DNA of 64,000 nucleotides from Neophaeotheca triangularis (lineage: Eukaryota): positions 1 to 64,000 of the forward strand of contig BAAIJX010000003.1 in NCBI GenBank assembly GCA_054600435.1, in the 5' to 3' direction. This document shows, piece after piece, positions 56,717 to 64,000 of this stretch; the stretch's first letter is position 1; each line of letters starts with the position of its first letter. Under the pieces are notes generated by a model that worked only from the letters and a program-made list of their open reading frames with translations, made no database searches and was not told where the DNA came from. The position numbers and the translations under genes are program-made.

Positions 56717-57682
56717 ATGGAAGAGCTTCAGGCACGGCACAAGAAAGAGCAGAAAGACTTACAGGGCAAGATCACGCAGAAGAAGAAGCAGGCGAACAAA
56801 AAGACGCGGAAGGGTGTAAACGACGAATGCGACAGACTTGAGGCGGAATTGAAAGAGCGGCAAGCAGCTGAATTGGCAGAACTCAACGGCGATGCAACTG
56901 CGACTACGGCTGAGGATCCCCCTGAAGATGCGCTGGACGGCCTGAATCTGAACCGCGACGACGATGATAACACTCTGGATCAGCCAAATGGCCCCACAAA
57001 CCCCTCACCACAGCCCTCCGAACCCACAAACAGCACAAATCCAGCCCAATCCCAACCAACAACAAAAAAACCCAATCGCCAAAAAGCCCGCTTAGCCCGC
57101 CGACAAGCAGAGCAAGAAGACGCAGCGGCACAAGCGGCAGCGGAAGCGAAGAACCTTCCCGATCTAAAAACGCAAGAGCGCGAACGCATGCTGGCGTATA
57201 TGAAGGAGCGGGGGTTGGTGGAGAAGGAGATACGGGCGGATGGGCATTGTCTTTACTCGGCTTTTGCGGATCAGTTGGAGCAGAGGCGGATTCCTTTGAT
57301 GAAGGAATTGGAGGCGCTTGGAGGCGGTGGTAATGGGGAAGATGGCAGCGGGAAAGAGGCTTATAAGGTTGTGCGGGCGAAGGCGGCGGAGTACATCGAG
57401 CAGCATGGGGAGGACTTTGAGCCGTTTTTGGAGGAAGGGCTTTCGGAGTACGTGCGCAAGATCCGGGATACGGGGGAATGGGGTGGCCAGCTGGAGTTGC
57501 TGGCGCTGGCAAAGAGCTTCGGGGTGGATATCAATGTCTTGCAAGATTTTGGGAGAATCGAGAAGATTGAGGGTGTTGAGGACAAAAGTGAGGAAGGTAG
57601 AGAGGTTTGGCTCGGGTATTACAAGCATGGCTTCGGGCTTGGGGAGCACTACAACAGTCTGAGAAGAGCACAGCCGAGTTGA
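56717..57682 (+). CDS. OTU2: OTU-domain deubiquitinase (OTUD6/Otu2)
   Basis: MEELQARHKKEQKDLQ N-terminus, DGHCLY, WGGQLEL, GEHYNSL. Confidence 0.92.
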   Translation: MEELQARHKKEQKDLQGKITQKKKQANKKTRKGVNDECDRLEAELKERQAAELAELNGDATATTAEDPPEDALDGLNLNRDDDDNTLDQPNGPTNPSPQPSEPTNSTNPAQSQPTTKKPNRQKARLARRQAEQEDAAAQAAAEAKNLPDLKTQERERMLAYMKERGLVEKEIRADGHCLYSAFADQLEQRRIPLMKELEALGGGGNGEDGSGKEAYKVVRAKAAEYIEQHGEDFEPFLEEGLSEYVRKIRDTGEWGGQLELLALAKSFGVDINVLQDFGRIEKIEGVEDKSEEGREVWLGYYKHGFGLGEHYNSLRRAQPS

Positions 57683-58144
57683 GCGTTCCGTCCTGGATTT
57701 TTCGTGAGCGTTGGCGCTGGGAGCTCCACTTCGTGGTTCTTGATCAAGATACTATATGACTAAAGAAGCTTCACATCTGGGACCTTGTCTCCCGTCGACA
57801 GTTGGCAGGCATTGGCAATGAAATCAAGAAAAATAGCAGTTTTTCAGCTAAGAGGAGGCTGAAACATTTCTCGTAGCTCTGCAGAGAAGCAGAGACTATA
57901 GCAGCATTCTGCCACTGGGCATCGATACTCGGATTCCACGCTCCTTCCCGGGCCTGCAAATGCTTGAAGGGAAACAGACCGCACTTGAAAACAACAGGAA
58001 TTAACCCATACCGAAACGACTGCTCACTGCCAATGACAGAGCAGAAGATTCCTCTTTATCGCTGATCTCCTTTGGACCTGCGCCCATTTGCTCCGCGAGC
58101 GTGAAACGAGCGTGCTCCCAATTTGCCTTTGCTGCAACGCTGAA

Positions 58145-61100
58145 CTAAAACGTGGCCCTTGTTGCGAGTACTCTGCTGTGCTTGAAGGCGTGAAGATCCG
58201 CTCGAATCTCGTCTGAGGGCGCCACCGCCCTGTCGCTAGAGCTTTCGAACTCCGCCGAGGAAGTCTGTTCGCTCGGCTCAGCCTTGCTCGAATTCTCACT
58301 ACCACCGCCCGATTCCAAACCGCCTGAGTTGTCGATCACCGTTAGGGAAGCCTGATCGCCAGGAGTATCCTCGTCCAAAGACCTCGTATCACCGCCCATG
58401 GGCCTCTCAGAACCGTACTCTTCAGCCTCTCTTTCAGCCTCTGTTACGTCGATGATCCGCATTGTGACCTCTGCATCCGCGTCTTCACTGCACTTCTCGA
58501 CTTCAACACGCATCTCAAGGTCATCTAAGATTGACTGCCAGTCGTACAGCTCGCTGTCCCGAGGGAGATAAGTTTTCAATGTGAACAGGGGATTTGTGTC
58601 GCCTATGAAAAACACTTCTGGCTCTTGGCCGTACCCCTCGCCTATTTGCTTGTAACGATTCGTGTTTCGCACGTGCGCAAGGTCCGGTGGTTCACCTGAT
58701 ACAACGCTGACTCCAGAATCGAGCATGAGTTTGATGGCATGTTGTGTGTTTGCGTCGGAAAATGTCTCCCAATCTGCGGCTGTTGTGCCCAGATCTGTTG
58801 GCGCTCCGAACCGCGAGCTCGTTGCTTTCCCCGCTGCGTGCTGCTCGTTCTCAACGACCTTCTGGAGGAAAGCTCGCCATGGAGTTGACCACTCACACCA
58901 GTTGGCTCTGTATTCCTTGCGCTCTCTGAGTTGGCAAAGTCGATCTGGATTGGCACCGGCGTCGAGTAGCATTGCTAAAAAGTCCGTGTCAGACCGCGTA
59001 GGAACTTCACGCACATCGTCACGAATTCCCAGACTGTAAAGAATACACTGGGGTCTTAATGCCGCGTTCCAATTGTCTTCGAAAAGCTTGTCGTTGATGA
59101 GGAGTTCGGGGTGTTGCTCTAGGATGAACTTGGTGAGGTTATACAAGCGATGTCGCGTAAGTCCGCAGCATACGGCAGGCAGGTATGGAACAGCCCTGCC
59201 TACGTCCTTGTCAAATTCCCCGAAGCATCTTCGCACATGGAATGTAGCAACTGTTTCGACCTCAGCGATAAGCTCTGAATTCATTAATAACCCATCTTGA
59301 CCGCTCCGGCATGTGAAAAATGGAATCAGCCTTGAGAGGTTTTTAATACAATCAATGGAATCTTCCCTGACATCAAAGCCAAGAGAAAATGTGACTAGTT
59401 TCCATCTAGTGATCTCGAGCCTTTTTGCGAATGATGCGTCGAAAAAGTGTTCCGGTGCATGTCTGCGCAAGAGCACAAGCATGTCGGTCGTTTGAAGAAA
59501 ATCGAAGACTGTGCGATGAGAGAACTCTATCAATCCTCTGCGGAAACGCATCTCGATTGTGCTTGCGATTCTGTGCGCGCGCCAATCTCTCATCATGCGA
59601 TCCTTTGACTCAAAGCGAAGCAGATCTCGGCAGCACGTATCAAGATACTCCATCGTCTCTAATATCATCTCTTGTTTACGAGCCACACTGTGGGTTGTTA
59701 TCGGTGTATCAAACACAAAATCGGGGTTCACAAGCATGGACTCTCCCGTTTCGGAACACTCGCGGAGCATCCAGAAGTCGCAAAGGAAACCGCCATCTAG
59801 TGCAATCTTCAATGCCATAGCCGTGTCAGAAACGAGCGTGCCATGCATCCTGTCGAGAATCATCTTCTTGAAATACTCTTCCAGCTCTTTGGGAAGCTCG
59901 CGGACGTAGTTTCGCGAGGCTGGGATGGAATTCTTTGCCTGGAGCTGTTTACAAACCGCATCCAGCACGAGCTTCACCCAGAGGAAGTTGCCGTCAGCCT
60001 TGCGAATGATGTCTTGGGCAAGGTAATGGGCATCCGAGTGGTCAAGCGTTTTGCATCTCAGCCATGTCCCACGCGCACACTCGCAGTCCCACTGCACTTC
60101 CGAAATCACGAGGCGACGTCCCAGTACATCTTTGAGTCTGCTCCGAACGTTGGTAAGGATGGGCCTGTTGTTAACGCTTTCCATGCACAAGGTCTTTCTG
60201 GGTGCAGAAAATGGCTCAAAAACTTTCCACGGCCGAGATGACACCACCAGCCTACTTTTTTTGTAAGACGCCAGCTTCTCGAGTATGCTGACGAGTTTAC
60301 CGTGTTCAGTCTCTGGTTGACACTCGTCCAGGCCGTCGATGAAGAAGTCAATGCGTCGATCACTAGCTGCGACTGCAGCTTGTAAAGAAGACCGCAATTC
60401 GTTGACGGACCACGAAGAGCTTTCGATCCGACGTGTCCATCGGGTAGGACACACTCGCTTCACAAGATCCGGGTCTGCTTTGAGTACCTGGTGCAAGAGC
60501 GACTGCAACATGCCCTGCAGCGAGTTCTGCGTTTTGGTGCCTGGCGTCCAGAACCAGTGGCTGGCAATCGTGCATTGTTCTGAGGGCGGCTGTTCTTCTA
60601 GCAAATCGTCGAGACGAGCAGGGTCGGCAAGGAACTTGGTGAAGACCGATTTGCCTGAAGCTGGCTTGCCTAGGATCCAGAACAGGCCCGATCCCGCTTG
60701 CAAGAAGCTTAGAAGATTGGCGATTTGTGGCTCCTGCGACTCAAATGCCAAAAGCCAGTCACGGGTCTGATCTTCGTCTGCATCCGGAATATCTTCCCAG
60801 CGCCTTTGTAGCTCGGGGTTCTTGAGGCTGCTCAGAATGGCTTGCGCCCTCTGCTTCTCTGCGGCATCGTCCAAGGAGGCTTGTATCGCGTCAGTCGCAT
60901 CTTTCGTGGTCATTTTCAGGTCTTCCAAGCCCGCTTCAAGGGTCGACACGCCCGCGACGATCTTATCGTCCACGTCGCGGATGTTTTCAACGCTCCTGGC
61001 GCCAATATTCACTCCCAGTAGGTTGAGTGCCAACTGCAGTCCGTCCTGGCAACTCTTGACATTGTGTGCCAGTCCTGAAACGGTCTCTTTCTTGAACGGA

Positions 61101-61423
61101 ACCGATTTGCGACCAAAGGTTTTGAGCTTGGACGCCAAAGACTTTACTTTGGGCTCTTCAGCCTTGATCTTTCCCAACTCCTCTCGAAGCTCGGTTGCAG
61201 CTTTTGAGCACCTTGAAATAGCCGCATCGACAGCTGCATGCGACTCCGAGTCTGCGCCGTCGCGTTTAAGGGTGGTCGTCAGGGCATCCGATAAAGTCTG
61301 CAGGCTCAACAACTGGATTCGGAAGTCTTTGATATCGTCGTCGGCGTGCTTCACAGCTTGGTAGTAGGTATAGAGGTCTTTTGCGACACCCCAGGCAGCA
61401 CCGGCAACGCCGAAAGCGTCCAT
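58145..61423 (-). CDS. NACHT-domain (fungal NLR-like) protein with N-terminal HeLo-like/SesA-type helical domain
   Basis: Walker A GKPASGKS, Walker B FFIDGLDEC, VSSRPW, ADGNFLWVKL, FSHRTVFDFL. Confidence 0.88.
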   Translation of the reverse strand: MDAFGVAGAAWGVAKDLYTYYQAVKHADDDIKDFRIQLLSLQTLSDALTTTLKRDGADSESHAAVDAAISRCSKAATELREELGKIKAEEPKVKSLASKLKTFGRKSVPFKKETVSGLAHNVKSCQDGLQLALNLLGVNIGARSVENIRDVDDKIVAGVSTLEAGLEDLKMTTKDATDAIQASLDDAAEKQRAQAILSSLKNPELQRRWEDIPDADEDQTRDWLLAFESQEPQIANLLSFLQAGSGLFWILGKPASGKSVFTKFLADPARLDDLLEEQPPSEQCTIASHWFWTPGTKTQNSLQGMLQSLLHQVLKADPDLVKRVCPTRWTRRIESSSWSVNELRSSLQAAVAASDRRIDFFIDGLDECQPETEHGKLVSILEKLASYKKSRLVVSSRPWKVFEPFSAPRKTLCMESVNNRPILTNVRSRLKDVLGRRLVISEVQWDCECARGTWLRCKTLDHSDAHYLAQDIIRKADGNFLWVKLVLDAVCKQLQAKNSIPASRNYVRELPKELEEYFKKMILDRMHGTLVSDTAMALKIALDGGFLCDFWMLRECSETGESMLVNPDFVFDTPITTHSVARKQEMILETMEYLDTCCRDLLRFESKDRMMRDWRAHRIASTIEMRFRRGLIEFSHRTVFDFLQTTDMLVLLRRHAPEHFFDASFAKRLEITRWKLVTFSLGFDVREDSIDCIKNLSRLIPFFTCRSGQDGLLMNSELIAEVETVATFHVRRCFGEFDKDVGRAVPYLPAVCCGLTRHRLYNLTKFILEQHPELLINDKLFEDNWNAALRPQCILYSLGIRDDVREVPTRSDTDFLAMLLDAGANPDRLCQLRERKEYRANWCEWSTPWRAFLQKVVENEQHAAGKATSSRFGAPTDLGTTAADWETFSDANTQHAIKLMLDSGVSVVSGEPPDLAHVRNTNRYKQIGEGYGQEPEVFFIGDTNPLFTLKTYLPRDSELYDWQSILDDLEMRVEVEKCSEDADAEVTMRIIDVTEAEREAEEYGSERPMGGDTRSLDEDTPGDQASLTVIDNSGGLESGGGSENSSKAEPSEQTSSAEFESSSDRAVAPSDEIRADLHAFKHSRVLATRATF

Positions 61424-62232
61424 TTCTTCTCCTTTCCCTGCTGTTTCAGGTGATCAAGACACCCTCTGTAGACCTTTCATTGTCGATTGGCAGCAAGTAG
61501 CAAAAGCAAAGTAGAAATGAGTCCGACAAGGCTGAGCTTATTTACATGGCCCTTTCGACATGTCATGTGCTTCACTCGGCGTGACGAGCGTTGCTGACTG
61601 CATGAAGTCGCATGCATTGCAGCGGCCAAGTGGCATGCACCTCGACAAGGACCAATCATCGTACTCCGCGGCCCAACAATATCATGCATGGCGTGTCGTT
61701 CGCATCTGTTTTCGAGAATTGTATTGGAGCTGTCGAGAACCGGTGAATTTGGTTTCCAGTAGAGCTGATAGCACCCAGTCTACTTCGTCGGAGCGCTTCT
61801 TCTTCCTGTTCGTTCCGAAGCCTTCCAGACCTCCTCGTCCGCTGGGTTGATTCTTTTCTCGGCGACATCCGCTGTCAAGCTGAAAGGGGTCGCTCTAGCG
61901 CCACAAAGAGATGGTCCATGGTGTCTGCCTAGAAAAGCTATTGTCTAGTGATCAACAAGAGACACGCAGATACTGGATTGCAAGGCTTGACGGCTCCTGG
62001 GCCCTTTGGGTTGTCGTGAACGATAGAGCTTGCGTTCCTCTTCACCTTCAAACGCTCACTTACGACTATTCGCCACCGGCCGTCTCAACTTGCGCACTCG
62101 GTGCTGGCGCTTCCTTTCTCTGACTCTGCAAGCGGCAAAGTCCCTGCTACCGACTGGTTGAACTTGGTTGGTCGCAAAGCAAAGACTTCGGCCTTCAAGA
62201 TTCATGCAGTAAGTCGGAGGCGAGTAGACGGA

Positions 62233-62945
62233 TCATGTCTGCTTAGGCCGCTGTCTCCACGACGAGTCGAAATAATCCGACAAGCGCTTCTCGACGACAT
62301 CCTCTGAATCCTCCACCGTGATGATAAAAACAATGATGACGCAGAAAAAGCTACATGCCAAAGCGAGTATGGCAATGAAAAAGCCGGCAGCGCTCAAAAA
62401 GTCATTGTCCGACTTGCTGACGGCGAGTGAACCCTGCGTCACGAGACCAAGAGAGACAGAAAGGGAACCAACGAGGGCACAAACTGTGTGGCGTGTCAGC
62501 ATTTCTAACCTTGGTAAATCGATTCAGCCCTCTTCCACAGCAAAGGCGAGAAGCGAAACGTACCTGCTTCGGTCTTACGCCTCCCCCGTCCAGCATTGTG
62601 CAAAATAACCTTGACATCCTTATAAACGATCCGACCATCCTCGTCTCCAAAAATCTCCGCGTATCTCTTGACCGACCACGCATCCATCTCGTGCCCATTG
62701 CCAATCGTCCACCGCGCCGCTATGCTCCGGGCATGGTCAACGTCCAGAGATCGCTTCGCCACCAGCAGCTGTGCGATAAACGTGCGGACTTGTTGCGGTG
62801 TCGCCTGTTTATCAGGAATTGCGATGGAGCCGTCAGGTTCCCGCCCAAGGGTGTCCGTGTACAGCGGTTGATTTTCATTGGTCTCGCTTGGAGGGTCTCC
62901 ATCGTGGGTTTTGCCCGTTTTGTGGACAACTTCAGCACTTCCCAT
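62233..62945 (-). CDS. Small hypothetical membrane protein; intron 62505-62563
   Basis: Exon 1 (ATPQQVRTFIAQLL...ARWTIGNG...IFG) splices GTACGT..TAG in phase to an exon with two hydrophobic helices. Confidence 0.6.
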
Positions 62946-63348
62946 TTCAGCGGTCCTTGTTTTGGGGTTGAGTGGTTGATGGTGTTCGATTCGGATGCTG
63001 GGTGTTTTGAGTGAGGTGCTCTCGTGCTTTCGGTTCTTAAAGCAAGTTGACACGCCGTGGCAAATGAGCGGGCGCTTTACTTGATGAAGTTTTAGGGTCA
63101 TGGCTACTACTTGGCGTAATGTGTTGTTCACTTCACGCCTGGATTGAACCGAAGAGAGTCGACTACAAAGAAATATGGAGACAAACGTCAAACCAAAGCA
63201 GGTGTACTTACTTATCTACTTTTTTTGTATATAGACGGGAGATCCGTTATGTACTCATCTGTGCTTCCAAGCTGAAGTAGCGAAGCCACTGAGCTCACAC
63301 CTCGAGCACTCAGTAGTAGAAGCGTCCCTTCAGTCTTACAAAGGAACC

Positions 63349-64000
63349 TTACACGTCACAAACCCCATCCACACTCTCAACACCCACCTCCCGCTCCACC
63401 TCGCCATCAACTCCAAACCTCAACATCCTCCCACTCTGATACGGCGGCCAACCAGCCTCCCTCGGCCCACTCTCCGGATCCCTCATAAAAGCCAAAAGCA
63501 AATCCTGCATCCTGTCGCTAACCTCATAAGCCCGTGGCGGGGACTCACCCTGGCCGTTAGTATAGTCCGGATGCGTGCCAAACAATATGGGCAAATCAGC
63601 GCCATGGAAAGCGCCCGCCCAGGGAAGGGGGGAGACATTGCTGAAATTGCCAGAGTAGAGGTAACGGTAGGTGGTTAGGCCAAGCTTCTGGCGCATCTGG
63701 GAAGCAGTGGCAGCCGGGCAGAGGAAGCCGTTCCGCGTGAAAGCATCCGCTTCGGTTTGGTTGACACCCTCGACGTCGTAGGGGATGAGCGTCGCACCTT
63801 CGTTCTCGCACGTGGAGAAGATGGTGGGGCCCTGAGAGATTTTCCCTGCGTCGTAACGGGCGCTGTAGTTTGAGAAGACCAATTCTTCGTCCGGGACTGG
63901 GCTGAATGAGATGGCGGGCTGGGTGCCGTTGTCGCCGTATTCGCCGACGAAGTCCTCGATAGTTTCCCAGTCGAGGTTGCGCATGCAGTCGATTTCTGCC
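63349..64000 (-). CDS. Type-B carboxylesterase, C-terminal part (5' end outside the window)
   Basis: FSPVPDE, ENEG, FLCPA, YRYLY.GNF, GAFHGADLPILFG, FMRDP, GWPPY. Confidence 0.88.
   Translation of the reverse strand, partial: AEIDCMRNLDWETIEDFVGEYGDNGTQPAISFSPVPDEELVFSNYSARYDAGKISQGPTIFSTCENEGATLIPYDVEGVNQTEADAFTRNGFLCPAATASQMRQKLGLTTYRYLYSGNFSNVSPLPWAGAFHGADLPILFGTHPDYTNGQGESPPRAYEVSDRMQDLLLAFMRDPESGPREAGWPPYQSGRMLRFGVDGEVEREVGVESVDGVCDV

Overview
This window is the end of a chromosome from a filamentous ascomycete with active RIP (repeat-induced point mutation). Evidence: (CCCTAA)n telomere, short GT-AG introns, a Zn2Cys6 factor and TpA-rich degraded repeats; a Dothideomycete is a guess only. 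Layout: telomere (1-120); RIP-degraded subtelomere (121-3550); an un-RIPped ~10 kb six-gene island (3940-12751); a RIP-degraded block (~14100-26900); then ordinary gene-dense sequence (27655-64000). The island is the best candidate for an undescribed system and looks like a self-regulated sulfane-sulfur/sulfide detoxification cluster. It holds a persulfide dioxygenase-like metallo-beta-lactamase (PDO), a paralog that has lost the metal ligands, a Zn2Cys6 transcription factor, a hidden three-exon 56-aa Cys-rich microprotein, a DUF1275/YoaK membrane protein and a YeeE/YedE sulfur transporter. Three of its promoters share an exact 11-bp ATCGGCGACTA element. The RIP block holds a full-length Ty3/Gypsy element (223-bp LTRs, TAGAG TSD) carrying an antisense, intron-containing gene with a RIP-masked Zn-cluster-like Cys motif; the element sits downstream of a DUF3505 (telomere-linked-helicase-type) relic. 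The gene-dense part has a sugar porter, FAD oxidoreductase, ZIP transporter, MRF1, a CBM48 protein with a probable alternative last exon, URA4, CorA-like protein, CCCH protein, ceramidase, SPF27, a split CAP-like protein, a stop-interrupted hydrolase, OTU2, a NACHT protein and a partial carboxylesterase. All family calls come from reading motifs by eye; no database searches were run.
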